Below are positions 37,843 through 52,128 of a stretch of DNA of 64,000 nucleotides, one piece after another (position 1 is the first letter of the stretch; each line of letters begins with the position of its first letter). This stretch comes from the human T2T-CHM13v2.0 reference genome, Homo sapiens. The translations under genes and the position numbers were made by a program. The DNA lies in NCBI RefSeq assembly GCF_009914755.1, contig NC_060934.1. The stretch is one strand, 5' to 3'. Below the pieces are notes generated by a model. That model had not been told where the DNA came from, ran no database searches, and saw only the letters and a list, made by a program, of their open reading frames with translations.

Positions 37843-40800
37843 GATTTCTCAGGTAGCTTTTCCAAGTTTTTATCTGAAGATATTATTTGCTTTTTCACCG
37901 TAGGCCTCAATGTGCTCTCTAATGTCCTTTATAGAATTTTACAAAAACAGTGTTTCCAAACTGCTGAATCAAAAGAAACCTTTAACTGGGTAAGATGAAT
38001 GCACACATCAGAAAGCAGTTTCTTAAATAGCTTCTTTTTAGTTTTCATCTTGGGATATTCACTTTCTAACTATTGGCCTAAGTGAGCTCCCAAATATTCC
38101 TTTGCAGATTCTAAAACAACAGTGTTTCCAAACTAAGCTGCAGAATCAAAAGATAGGTTTAACTCTGTGAGATGAATCCACATATCAGAGAGCTGTTTCA
38201 AAGAGAATTTCTTTCTAGTTTTTATCTGGGGACATTCACTTCTTTGCAGTAGGCCTCAATGAGCTCCAAAATGTCCCTTCACAAATTCTGCAAAAACAGT
38301 GTTTCCAAACTGCTGAATCTAAAGAATGCTTGACTTCTGTAAGTTCAATGCAAGCATCACAAAGCAGTTTCTCAGAAAGCTTCTTTCTAGTTTTTATCTG
38401 GGGATATTCTATATTTCACCACAGGCCTCAATGTGCTCCAAAATGTTTTTTTCACAGTTTTTTAAAAAACAGTGTTTCCAAACTGCTGAATCAAAGGAAA
38501 GATTTACCTCTGAGAGATGAATACACACATCACAAAGCAGTTGCTCAGATAGCTCCTTTCTAGTTTTTATCTTAGGATGTTTGCTTTTTCACCCTAGGCC
38601 TCAAAGCGCCTCAAAATGTCCCTTCTCAGATCCTACAAAACCTGCATTTCCAAACTGCTGAATCCAAAGGAAACTTTAACTCTGTGAGATGAATACACAC
38701 ATCAAAAAGTAGTTTCGCAGATTGTTTCTTTCAAGTTTTTATTGGAAGTTGTATGCTTTTTCACCATAGGCCTCAATACGCTCTTAAAGTCCTTTCTAGG
38801 ATTCTCCAAAACAGTGTTTCCAGAATGCTAAATCAAAAGAAGTCTTTAACTGTGTAAATTGAATGCACACATCCAAAGCAGTGTCTGAGATAGCTTCTTT
38901 TTAGTTTTAATCTTAGGATATTTGCTTTTTCACCATTGGCCTCAATGAGCTCCCATATGTTCCTTTGGAGATTCTAAAACAACAGCGTTACCAAACCGCT
39001 GAATCAAAAGATAGGTTGAATGCACACATCACAGAGCAGTTTCAGAGAGTGCTTCCTTGTAGTTTTTATCTGGGGATATTCACTTATTTGCAGTAGGCCT
39101 TAATGAGTTCTAAAGTCTCCCTTTGAAGATTCTACAAAAACTGTGTTTCCAAACTGCTGAATCAAAAGAAAGGTTTAACTCTTTGAGATGAAGACACACA
39201 TCACAAAACAGTTACTCAGAAAGCTTCTTTCTAATTTTTATCTGAAGATATTTTCTTTTTCACCATAGGCCTCAAAGAGATCGGAAATATCCATTTGCAG
39301 AACGTACAAAGGCAGTGTTTCCAAACAGCTGAAACAAGAGAAAGGTTTAAGTCTGGAGATGAATGCACACATCACAAAGCAGTTTCTCAGAAAGCTTCTT
39401 TTAGTTTTTATCTGAAGATATTTTCTTTTTCTCTGTAGGCCTCAAGTGGTTCTCAATGCCTTTTGCAGATTCTACATAAACACTCTTTCCAAACTGCTGT
39501 ATAAAAAGAAAGGTTTAACTCTTCAAAGTGAATGCACACATCACAAAGTGGTTTCTCAGATAGCTTCCCTCTAGTTTTTATCCTGGGATATTAGCTTTTT
39601 TGCAATTGGCCTCAATGAGCTCCCAAATTTCCTCTTACAGAATGTACAAAAACAGTGCTTCCAAACTGCTGAATCAAAAGAAAGTTTTAATTTTGTGAGA
39701 TGAATGCACACGTCACAAAGCAGTTTCTCAAAAAACAACTTTCTAGTTTTTATCAGAAGATGTTTTCGTTTTCACCTTAGGCCTCAATAAGCTCCCAAAT
39801 GTCCATTCACAGAATGTACAAATATACTGTTTCCAAACCACTGAATCAAAAGAAAGGTTTACCTCTGCAAGATGAATGCACACATCAAAATTCGGTTTCT
39901 CAGATAGCTTCCTTCTATGTTTTATCTTGGGATATTCACCTTTTCACCACTGGCCTCAATGAGCTCCAAAATGTCCATTTGCAGAATGTACAAAAAGAGT
40001 GCTTCCAATCTACTGAATGGACGGAAAAGTTTAACTGTGTGAGATGAATTCACACATCATGAAGCAGTTTTTCAGAAAGCTTCTTTCCAGTTTTTGTCTG
40101 AAGATAATTTCTTTTTCACCATAGGCCTCAATGCTCTCCCAACTATCCTTTCTCAGATCCTACAAAAACAGCATTTCCAAACTGTTGAATCAAAATAAAA
40201 GTTTAACACTTGGAGATGAATGCATACATCACAAAGCATTTTCTCAGATAGTTCCCTTCTAGTTTTCAGCCTGGAATATTCCCTTTTTTGCCATTGGCCT
40301 CAATGGGCTCTGAAATGTCCATTCACAGAATGTACAAAAACAGTGTTTCCAAACTGTTGAATCAAAAGAAGGGTTTAACATTGTGTATCAATGCTCAGAT
40401 CATAAAGACATATCTCAGAAAATTTCTTTCTAGTTTTTATCTGAAGATGTTTTCATTTTCACAATAGGCCTCAATGTGCTCTCAAATGTCCGTTCACAGA
40501 ATGTACACAAACAGTGTTTCCAAACTGCTGAATCAAAAGAATCATTTAACTCTGTGAGATCAATGCACAGAACAAAGAAATTTCTCAGAAAGCTCCTTTC
40601 AATTTTTTATCTGAAGTTATTTTCTTTTTCACCATAGGCATCAATACACTCCCAAATGTACTTCCACAGATTCTACAAAAACAGTGTTTTCAAATTGTTG
40701 AATCAAAAGAGAGGTTTAACTCTGTGAGAGGATGCACACATCACAAAGTGGTTCCTCAGATACTTTCCTTCTAGTTTTAACTTGGGATATTCACTTTTTC

Positions 40801-43800
40801 ACCATTTGCCTCAATGAGCTCCCAAAAGTCCATTTGCATAAGGTCCAAAAACAGTGTTTCCAAAGAGCTAATCAAAAGAAATGTTTACCTCTGTGAGATG
40901 AATGCACTCATCACAAAGCAGTTTCTCAGCAAGCTTCCTTCTAGGTTTCAAGTGAAGATATTTTCTTTTTCACTAAAGGCCTCAATGGGCTCCCAAATGT
41001 TTTTCATAGATTCTACAACAACGTTTCCAAACTGCTGAATCAAAAGAAAGTTTTAACGTTAGGAGATATACCTAATGCTAAATGATGAGTTAATGGGTGC
41101 AGCACACCAACATGGCACATGTATACATATGTAACAAACCTGCATGTTTTGCACATGTACCCTAAAACTTAAAGTATAATAATAATAATAATAATAACAA
41201 TAAACATTGAGAGATGAATGCACACATCACAAAGTATTTTATCAGTTATCTTCCTTCTAGTTTTAATCTTGGGATATTCACCTTTTCACCATTCACCTCA
41301 ATGAGCTCACAAATATCCGTCTGCAGCAGGCACAAAAACCGTGTTTCTAGACTCGTGAATCAAAAGAAAGGTTTAACTCTGTGAGATGAATGCCCACATC
41401 ACAAAGCAGTTTCTCAGAAGCTTCTTTTTAGTTTTTATTTGTCAATAATTTTGTTTTCACCACAGGCCTCAATGAGCTCTTAAATGTACATTTGCAGAAT
41501 GTACAAAAACAGTGTTTCCAGACTGCTTAAGCAAAAGAATGGTTTAACTTTGTAAGATGAATGCAAACATCACAAAGTAGTTACTCAGATAACTTCCTTC
41601 TAATGTTTATCTTGGGATACACGCTTCTCCACCATTGGCCTCAATGAGTTCCCAAATGTCCACTCACAGAACATAGAAAAAGAGTGTTTCCAAGTTGCTG
41701 AATCAAAAGAAGTGTTTAACTCCATGAGATGAAAGCACAGATCACAAAGCTCTTTCGCAGAAAGCTTCCTTCTAGTTTTTATCCTGGGATATTCACTTTT
41801 TCACCATTGGCCTCAGTGAGCTCCCAAATGTCCATTAGCAGAAAGCACAAAAATAGTGTTTCCAAACTGCTGAATCAAGGGACAGTTTTAACTTTGTGAG
41901 ATGAATGGACACATTAACAAAGCAGTTTCTCAGAAAGCTTCCTTCTAGTTTTTATCTTTAAAGATATTTTATTTTTCAACATAGGCCTAAATGCGCTCCA
42001 AAAAGTCCTTTTGCAGATATTACAAAAACAGTGTTTCCAAACTGCTGAATCAAAAGAAAGGTTTATCTCTGCCAGATGAATGCATACATCGCAAACCAGT
42101 TTCCCAGATAGCTTCCTTGTAGTTTTTATCCTGGGATATTTTCTTTTTTGTCATTGGCTTCAGTGAACTCCCAAAGGTCCATTTGTAGAAAGTACAAAAA
42201 TAGTCTTTTGAAATTGCCGAATCAAAAGAAAGGTTTAATTCTGTGAGATGAATGCACACATCAGAAGCAATTTCTCAGAAAGCTTCCTTCTACTTTTTAT
42301 CATAGGATATTTGCTTTTATGCCATTGGCCTCAGTGAGCTCCCAAATGTCCATTTGCAGAATGTACAAAAAAAGCATCTCCAAAATGCTGTATCAAAAGA
42401 AAGACTTAACTCAATGAGATAAATGCACATATCACAAAGCAGTTTGTCAGGAAGTTTCCTTCCAGTTTTTATCTGAAGGTATTTTCTTTTTCAGCATAAG
42501 CCTCAAAGTTCTCCCAAATGTCTTTTCCCAGATTCTACAAATACAGTTTATTTAAACTGCTGTATCAAAAGAATGGTTTAACTCTGCGAGATGAATGCAC
42601 ACATCACAAAGCAGTTTCTCAGACAGCTTCCTTCTAGCTTTTATCTTGGGATATTCACATTTTCACCACTGGCCTCAGTGAGCTTCCAAATGTCCATTTG
42701 CAGAATGTACAAAAACAGTGTTTCCAAACTGCTAAATGAAAAGAAGTGTTTACCTCTGTTAGATGAATGCATACATCACAAAGCAGTTTCTCAGAAAGCT
42801 TCTTTCCAGTTTTTATCTGAAGATAAAGATATTTTCTCTTTCACCTTAGGCCTCATTGAGATCCACAATGTCCATTTGCAGATTTTAGAAAAACATTGTT
42901 TCCAAAATGCTGAAAGGCAAGAATGTTTTAAATCTGTGAGATTACTTCACACATCACAAAGCAATTTCTTAGAAAGCTTCTTTCCATTTTTTATCTGAAG
43001 ATATTTTCTTTTTCACCACAGGCTACAATGACCTCTTAAATGTACTTTCACAGATTCCACAAAAACAGTGTTTCCAAACTGTTGGATCAAAAGAAAGGTT
43101 TAACTCTGTGAGAGGAATGTACACATCACTAAGTGGTTTCTCAGATAGCTTCCTTCTAGTTTTTATATTGGAAAATTCACTTTTTCACCATTGGCCTAAA
43201 TGACTTCCCAAATGTCCATTCACAGAATGTACAAAAATAGTGTTTTCAAACTGCTGGATCAAAACAAAAGTTTAACTCTGTGAGTTTAATGCACACAACA
43301 AAAAGCAGTTTCTCAGAAGGCTTCTTTCTTGTTTTTATCTGAAGATATTTTCTTTTTCACCATAGGCCTCAATGGGCTCCCAAATGTCCATTAGCAGAAT
43401 GTACAAAAAAAGTTTCCATACTCCTGAGTCAAAATAAATGTTTGCCTTTGTGAGGTGAATGCACACATCAGAAAGCAGTTTCTCAGAAAGCTTCTTTCTA
43501 GTTTTTATCTGAACACATTTTCTTATTTCACAATAGGCCTCAAAGCACTCCCAAATGTCCTTTCTCAGATTCTACAAAAACAGTGTTTCCAAACCACTGA
43601 ATCCAAAGAAACGTTTAACTCTGTGGGATGAATGCACAAATCACAAAGCGGTTTCACAGATTGCTTTCTTCTAATTTTTGTCTTGGGATACTTTCTTTTT
43701 CACCATTGGCCTCAATGAGCTCCCAAATATCCATTCACAGAATGTACAAAAAGAGTGTTGCCAAACTGCTGAATCAAAAGAAATTTTATCTCTGCCAGAT

Positions 43801-46800
43801 GAATGCACACATCACAAACCAGTTTCTCAGAAAGCTTCATTGTACTTTCTATCCTGGGATAGTCTCTCTTTTGCCATTGGCCTCAGTGAGCTCCTGAATG
43901 TCCATTCGCAGAAGGTACAAAAACTCTGTTTCCAAACTGTGGAATCAAAAGAAAGGCTTAATTGTGTGTGATGAATGGACATTTCAACAAGCAGTTTCTC
44001 AGAAATCTTCCTTCTAGTTTTTATATAAAGATATTTTTTTCACCATAGGCCTAAATGCACTCCCAATTGTCCTTTCACAGATATTACAAAAACAGTGTCT
44101 CCAAACTGCTGAATCAAAAGATTCAAATCTGTGAGATGAATGCCCATAACAGAAAGCAGTTTGTCAGGAAGTTTCTTTCTAGTTTTTATTTGAAGATGTT
44201 TTATTTTTCACCTTAGGCCTCAATGAGCTCCCAAATGTCCATTTGCAGATTTCAGATAAACATTGTTTCTGAAGAGCTGAATGAAAAGAAAGTTTTAACT
44301 CAGAGTAATTCACACATCACAAAGCTGTTTCTTATAAAGCTTCTTTCCAGTTTTTATCTGAGGATATTTTCTTTTTCACTATAGACCTCAATGAACTCCC
44401 AAATGTTCTTTCACAGATTCTACAACAACATTGTTTCCAAACTGCTGAATCAAAAGAAAGTTTCAACATTGTGAGATGAATGCACACATTAAAAAGTGTT
44501 TTATCAGATAGCTTCCTTCTAGTTTTAATCTTGGGTTATTCACTTTTTCACCATTGACCTCAATTGAGGTCACAAATATCCATCCACAGAATGCGCAAAA
44601 GCAGTGTTTCCTAACTCCTGAAGCAAAAGAAATGTTTAACTCTGTGAGGTGAATGCTCACATCACAAAGCATTTTCTCAGAAGTTCTTTCTAGTTTTTAT
44701 TTGTAGATATTTTTGTTTTCGCCATAGGCCTCAATGAGCTCTTAAATGTCCATTTGCAGAATATATAAAAACAGTGTTTCCAGACTGCTTAAGCAAAGGA
44801 ATGGTTTAACTTTGTAAGATGAATGCACACATCACAAAGCAGTTCCTCACAAAGCATCTTTCTAGTTTTTATGTGAAGATATTTTCTTTTTCACCATAGG
44901 CCTCAATGCACTCCCAAATATCCTTTCACAGATTTTACAAAAACAGTGATTCCAAACTGCTGAATCAACATAAAGCTTTAACTCTGTGAGATGAATGGAC
45001 ACATAACAAAGCAGTTTCTCAGAAAGCTTCTTTCTTGTTTTCATCTAAAGATATTTTCTTTTTTAACATAGGCCTCCAAGTACTCCCAAATGTCCTTTTG
45101 CAGATTCTACAAATACAGAGTTTCCAAACTGCTGAATCAAAAGAAAAGTTTTTCTCAGCCAGAGCAATGCACATATCACAAACCAGTTTTTCAGATAGTT
45201 TCCACCTAGTTTTTATCCTAGGGTATTTCCTTTTTTGCCATTGGCCAGAGTGAGTTCCCAAATGTTCACTTGCAGAATGTACAAAAAGAGGGTTTCCAAA
45301 TTGCTGAATTGAAAGAAATGTTTAATTCTGTGAGACAAATGCACACATCACAAAGCAATTTCTCAGAAACCTTCCTTCTACTTTTTAATCCTAGGACATT
45401 CCCCTTTTCACCATTGGCCTCAGTGAACTCCCAAATGTCCATTCAAAGAATGTAGAAAAACAGGGTCTCCAAACTGCTGAATCAAATGAAAAGTTTAACT
45501 CTGTGAGGTGAACGCACACATCATGAAGCAGATTCTCAGAAACCTTCTTTCTAGTTTTTATCTGAAGATATTTTCTTTTTCACCACAGGCCTCAATGCAC
45601 TCCCAAATGTCCTTTTGCAGAATCCACACAAACAGTGTTTACCAAATCCTGTATCAAAAGAAAGGTTTAACTCTGCCAGGTGAAAGCACACATCACAAAG
45701 CGATTTCCCAGATAGCTTCCTTCTAATTTTTATCTTGGGATATTCACTTTTTCACCATTGGCCTCAATGAGCTCTAAAATGTCCATTCACAGAAAGTACA
45801 AAAACAGTGTTTCCAAACTGCTGAATCATAAGAAATGTTTAAATCTCTGAAGTGAATGTACACATCACAAAGCAGTTTCTCAGAAAGCTTCTTTGTAGTT
45901 TTTATCTGAAGATATTTTCTTTTTCACTTTAGGCCTCAATGAGCTCCCCAATGTCCTTTCGCCGATTCTAGAAAAACATTGTTTCCAAACTGCTGAATCA
46001 AAAGAAAGTTTAACTCTGTGAGATGAAATCATACATCACAAAGTGGTTTCTCAGAAAGCTTCTTTCTAGTTTTTATCTGAAGATGTTTTCTTTTTCACCA
46101 TAGGCCTCAATGAGCTCCCAAATGTCTATTCGCATAATTTACAAAAACAGTGTTTCCAAACTGCTGAATCAAAAGAAAGATTTACCTCTGTGAGTTGAAT
46201 GCACACATCACAAAGCAGTTTCTTAGAAAGCTTCTTTCTATTTTTTTTATCTGAAGATATTTTCTTTTTCACCATAGGTTTCAATGCTGTCCCAAATGTA
46301 CTTTTGCAGATTCTAAAAAACAGTGTTTCTAAGCTGTTGAATCGAAAGAAAGGTTTAACTCTGTGAGAACAATGCACACATCACAAAGTGGTTTCTCAGA
46401 TAGCTTCCATCTAGTTTTTATCTTGGAATATTCACTTTTTCATGATTGGCCTCAATAACCTCCCAAATGTCCATTCGCAGAATGTACAAAAACAGTTTCC
46501 AAACTGCTGAATAAAAAGAAAGCTTTAACTCTGAGAGATGAATGCACACATCACAAAGCATTTTGTCAGAATACATCTTTCTAGTTTTTATCTGAATATA
46601 TTTTTTCTTTTTCACCATAGGCCTCAAAACACTCCTAAATGTCCATTTGCAGAAGGTACAAAAAAAGTGTTTCCAAATTGTGAATCAAAAGAAAGGTTAA
46701 TCTATGTGGGATGAATGCACACATAACAAAGAAGTTTCACATAAAGTTTCCTACCTATTTGTATCCTAAGATATTTGCTTTTTTGCCTTTGGCCTTAGTG

Positions 46801-47694
46801 AGCTCCCAAATGTCTATTTGCAGAATGGACAAAAACTGTGTCTCCAAACTACTGAATCAAAAGAAAGGTTTAACTCTGTGAGATGAAGGCACACATCACA
46901 AAGAAGTTTCTCAGAAAGCTTCTTTCTACTTTTTATCTGAAGAAATTTTCTTTGTCACGATAGGCCTCAAAGTGCTCCCAAATGCCTTTTCTCAGATTCT
47001 ACAAAAAAAGAGTTTTTAAACTGCTGAATCCAATGAATGTTTTAACTCTGTGAGATGAATCCACACATCACGAAGGAGTTTCTCATATAGCTTCCTGCTA
47101 GTTTTCGTCTTGGAATATTTTCTTTTTCACCATTGGCCTCAATGAACTTCCAAATGCTCATTGACAGAATGTACAAAAACATTATTTCCAAACTGCTGAA
47201 TCAAAATAAAATGTTAACTCTTTGAGTTAAATGTACCCATTACAAAGCAATTTCTCAGAAAGCTTCACTCTAGTTTTTATCTGAAGATACTTCCTTTTCA
47301 CCATAGGCCTCAATATTCTCCCAAATGTTTTTTTCACAGATTCTACAAAAACAGTGTTTCCAAACTGCTGAATCAAAAGAAAGTTTTAACTTTATGATAT
47401 GAATGCACACATCACAAAGCAGTTTCTCAGAAATCACCTTTCTACTTTTTATCTGAAAATATTTTCTTTTTCCCCATAGGCCTCAATGGACCCTCAAATG
47501 TCCATTCTCAGAATGTAGCAAAACAGTGTTTCCAAATTCTGAACCAAAAGAATGGTTTATCTCTGTGAGGTAAATGGAAACATCACAGAGAATTTTTTCA
47601 GAAAGCTTCTTTTTAGTTTTTATCTGAAAGTATTTTCTTTTTCAGCATAGGCTTCAGCACACTCTTCAGTGTGCTTTTGCAGATTCTACAAAAA
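37843..47694 (-). repeat. Alpha satellite, type B (two interspersed monomer classes)
   Basis: AAACTGC / GAATGCAC / TTTCTCAGA / TTCACCAT diagnostics. Monomers alternate irregularly between ...gaaagcttctttc...ctgaagatatt...cataggcc and ...gatagcttccttc...ctgggatattcac...cattggcc...gaatgtac. Confidence 0.95.
41059..41202 (+). mobile_element. Severely 5'-truncated L1 3' end (L1PA4-like) with (AAT)n tail
   Basis: ttaggagatatacctaatgctaaatga...accaacatggcac...gtaacaaacc...ccctaaaacttaaagtat. TSD AACGTT (41055-41060) / AACATT (41203-41208). Confidence 0.93.
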
Positions 47695-50600
47695 GTAAAA
47701 AGAAGATTTCTGACATTGATGCCAATGGCAAAAAAGTGAATATCCCAGGATAACAACTACAAGGAAGCTATCTGATAAACCACTTTGTGGTGTATGCATT
47801 CATCTTGCAGGGTTAATCTTTTCTTTGGATTTGGGAGGTTGGAAACACTGTTTTTGTAGAATCTGTGAAGGCACATTTGGGAGCTCACTGTGGCCAATGG
47901 CGAAAAAATGAATATCCCAGGACAAAAACCTAAAGGAAGCTATCTGAGAAACCACTTTGTGATGTGTGCATTCATCTCACTGAGTTAAACCTTACTATGA
48001 TTCAGCAGCTTGGAAACACTGTTTTTGTAGAATCTGCAAAAGAACATTTGGGAGAGCATTGAGGCCTATCATGAGAAAGGAAATATATTCAGATAAAAAC
48101 TGTAAAGAAGATTTCTGAGAAACTGCTTTGTGATGTGTGCCATCATCTCACAATGTTAAACCTCTTTTTTGATCCAGCAGTTTGGAAACACCGTTTTCAT
48201 AGAATCTGCGAATGGACATTTGGGAGCTCATTGAGGCCAATGGTGAAAAAGCCAATGTCCCAAGATAAAAACTGGAAAGCAGTTGCCTGAAAAACCGCTT
48301 TGTGATGTGTGCATTCAACCTGCAGAGTTAAAACTATCTTTTGATTTAGTATGTTGGAAGCAGTGTTTTTGTAGAATCTGCAAAAGGACATTTGGGAACT
48401 CATTGGGCCAATGGTGAAAATGCCAATATAACAAGATAAAAACTAGAAGGAAGCTATCTGAGAAACCACTTTGTGATGTGTGCATTCAACTCAGAGTTAA
48501 ATCTATCTTTTGATTCAGCAGTTTGGAATCAATATTTTTGTAGAATTTGCGAATGCACCTTTGGGAGATCATTCAGGCCAAAGGTGAAAAAGCCAATATC
48601 CCAAGATAAAAACTAGATGGAAGCTATGTGAGAAACCACTTTGTGATGTGTGCATTCAACCTGCAGAGCTAAATCTTTCTATTGATTCTGCAGTTTGGAA
48701 ACTGTTTTTCTAGAATCTGTGAAAAGACATTTTGGAGTGCTCTGAGGCCTATGGTGAAAAAGAAAATATCTTCAGATAAAAACTAGAAATAAGCCATCTG
48801 ACATACTGGTTTGTGATGTGTGCATTCATCTCACAGACTTGAACCTTTCTTTTCATTCAGTAGTTTGGAAACACAGTTTTAGTAGAATCTGGGAAAGGAC
48901 ATTTGGGAGCACATTGAGGCCTAAGCTGAAAAAGTAAATATCTTCTGATGAAAACCAGAAAGAAGCTTTATGCGAAAGCGCTTTTTGGTGTGTGCATTAA
49001 TCTCACTGTGTTAAACCTTTCTTTTGATGCAGCAGTTTGGAAACACTGTTTGCATTCATTCTGTGAAAGGACTTTTGGAAGCTCATGTAAGTCAATGGTG
49101 AAAAAGTGAATATCTGAAGATAAAAACTAGAAGGAATATATCTGAGAAACCACTTTGTGATGTGTGCATTCATCTCACAGAGCTAAAACTTTCTATTGAT
49201 TCAGCAGTTTGGAAACACTGTTTTTGTAGAATCTGTGAAAAGACATTTGAGAACCATTTGAGGCCTATGGTGAAAAAGAAAATATCTTCATATAAAAACT
49301 AGGAAGATGCTTTCTGACAAACTACTTTGTGATGTGTGCATTCATCTCAAAGAGTTAAACCTTTCTTTTGATACAATAGTTTGGTAACACTGTTTTTGTT
49401 TAATCTGGGAAAAGACATTTGGGAGTGCATTGAGGCATATGATGAAAAAGAAAATATCTTAAGATAAAAACTGGAAAGAAGTTTTCTGAGAAACTGCTTT
49501 GTGATGTGTGCATTCATCTCACAAAGGTAAAACTTTCTTTTGATTGAGCAGTTTGGAAACACTGTTTTTGTACAATCTGTGATTGGACATTTGGGAGCTA
49601 ATTGAAGCCAATGATGAAAGAGCATATACCTCAAGATAAAAACAAAAAGGAAGCTATCTGTGAAACCTTTTTGAAATGTATGCATTCATCTCACAGATTT
49701 AAACCATACTTTTGATTCAGCAGTTTGGAAACACTGTATTGTAGATTCTGTGAAAGGACATTTTGGAGAGCATTGAGGCCTGAGGTAAAAAAGGAAATAT
49801 CTTCAGATAAAAACTACAAAGAAGCTTTCCGAGAAACTGCTTTGTGGTGTGTGCATTCATCTCACAGAGTTAAAAATTTCCTTTCTTTCAGCATAGAGGC
49901 CTGTGGTGAGAAAAGAAAATATCTTCAAATAAAAACTAGAAAGGAGCTTTCTGAGAAACTGCTTTGTGTTGTGTGCATCTCACGAAGTTAAACCTTTCTT
50001 TTGATTCAGCAGTTTAGAAACACTGTTTTTGTACATTTTGTGAGTGTTCATTTGGGGGCTCATTGAGGTCTACGGTGAAAAATAAAATACCTTCAGATAA
50101 AAACTAAAAAGAACCTTTCTGAGAAACTGCTCTGTAATGTGTGCATTCATCTCACAGAGTTAAACCTTATCTTGATTCAGCAATTTAGAGACACTGTTTA
50201 TGTACTTTCAACGAATGGACAGTTGGCAGCTCACTGAGGCCAATGATGAAAAAGAAAATATATTCGGATAAAAACTACAAAGAAGCTTTCTGAGAAACTG
50301 CTTTGTGATGTGAGCATTCATCTCACAGAGTTAAAGCTTTCTTTTGATTCAGCAATTTGGAAACACTGTTTTTTACATTATGTGAAAGGACACTTGAAAG
50401 TGCATTGAGGCCTATGGTGAAAAATAATATATCTTCAGATAAACACTAGAAAGAATCTTTCTGAGAAATGTTTTTGATGCATGCATTCATTTCATAGAGT
50501 TAAAACTTTCTTTTGATTCAGCAGTTTGGAAATAATGTTTATGTACATTCTGCCAATGGACATTTGGGAACTCATTGAGGCCTGTGGTGAAAAATCATAC

Positions 50601-51146
50601 ATCCCAAGATAAAAACTAGAGGGAAGCTATCTGAGAAACCACTTTGTGATGTGTGCATTCATCTCACAGAAATAAACCTTTCTTTTCATTTAGCAGTTTG
50701 GAAACACTGTTTTTATAGATTCTGTGAAAAGACATTTTGGAGCACAATTAAGACTATGGTGAAAAAGAAATTATCTTCAGATAAAAACTGGAAAGAGTCT
50801 TTCTGAGAAACTGCTTTGTGATGTGTGCAGTTATCTCACAGAGTTATTCATTTGATTTAGCAGTTTGGAAACACCATTTTTTTTGCATTCTGGGAATGGA
50901 CATTTGCGAGCTTATTGAGGCCTATAGTGAAGGCGAAAATATCTTCAGATAAAAACTAGAAAGAAGCTTTCTGATAGGCTGCTTTGTGATGTCTGCTTTC
51001 ATCTCACAGAGTGAATCCTTTCTTTTCATTCAGTGGTTTGGAAACACTGTCTTTGTATAGTCTGTGAAAGGCCATTTGAGAGCTCATTGGGGCCAAAGGC
51101 AAATAAGTGAATATCCCAGCATAAAAACTAAAAGGAAGCTATGTGA
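47695..51146 (+). repeat. Alpha satellite, type B, opposite orientation
   Basis: Units read ctgagaaactgctttgtgatgtgtgcattcatctcacagagttaaacc...cagcagtttggaaacactg, the reverse complement of the preceding block. Confidence 0.95.
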
Positions 51147-51972
51147 TGTTGTGGGAAATCAGGGACCCAAAATTGAGGGACGGGCTGAAGCCACAGCAGA
51201 GGAACATTAATTGTGAAGATTTCATTTTAATATGGACATTTATCACTTTCAAAATAATAGTTTCATAATTTCTCATGCCTATTTTACTTTAATCTCTTAA
51301 TTCTGTTATCTTCATAAGCTGTGGATGTACATCACTTCAGGATCATTGTGATGATTGTTTTAACTGTACAAATTGATTGTATAGCATACTAGCAGTGGAT
51401 ATCGATATTTAATACTCCGGGAAAAGAATTGCAATCCTGGGGCGAGGTCTGTAAATGACTGTTCTGTGTCTGCCTTATGCAGTTGAGATAAGGACTGAGA
51501 TATGCCCTGGTCTCCTGCATTCCCCTCGGGCTTATTAGGGTGGAGAAAACCCCACCCTGGTGAATTTCAGGTCAGACCGGTTCTCTGCTCTCAAACCCTG
51601 CTGTCTGTTAAGATGTTTATCAAGGCAATGCGTGCACCACTGAACATAGACCCTTATCAGAACTTCTGGTTTGCCCTTGTCCTGTTTCCTCAGAAGCATG
51701 TGATCTTTGTTCTCCTTTTTGCCGTTTGAAGCTTGTGATCTTTGTGACCTACTCACCGTTCATACACCCCTTCCCCTTTTGAAATCCTTAATGAAAACTT
51801 GCTTTTTTTTGGCTCAGGAGGGCATCACGGTCCTATCAATATATGAAGTCACCCCTGGAGGCACAGCTGTAGAATTCCTTTCTTTGTACTCTTTCTCTTT
51901 TTCTCAGCCAGCCAACACTTAGGGAAAGTAGAAAGAACTTACGTGCAAATATTGGGGGTGGGTTCCCCGGTA
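51147..51972 (+). repeat. 5' LTR (MER11A-like) with internal deletion near 51382
   Basis: Starts TGTTGTGGGAAATCAGGGACCC and ends GGGTTCCCCGGTA. Diverges abruptly from the 3' LTR after aattgattgta. Confidence 0.88.
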
Positions 51973-51974
51973 TG

Positions 51975-51992
51975 TGGTGCACCAATGTGGTT
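51975..51992 (+). promoter_or_regulatory. Degenerate tRNA-Lys primer binding site
   Basis: TGGTGCACCAATGTGG immediately after the LTR, resembling TGGCGCCCAACGTGG. Confidence 0.7.
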
Positions 51993-52128
51993 TTTCTTTT
52001 TCCTAAATGCATGTGGCAACCCAATTCCTTTGGTAGGTATGGAGAAATGTTCATTGGTCCGGTCCACAGAAACGCTTGTTTGGCTCCCTGATGTTTGGTA
52101 AGTTGACCGTGTATTGTTTGGGGTAACT

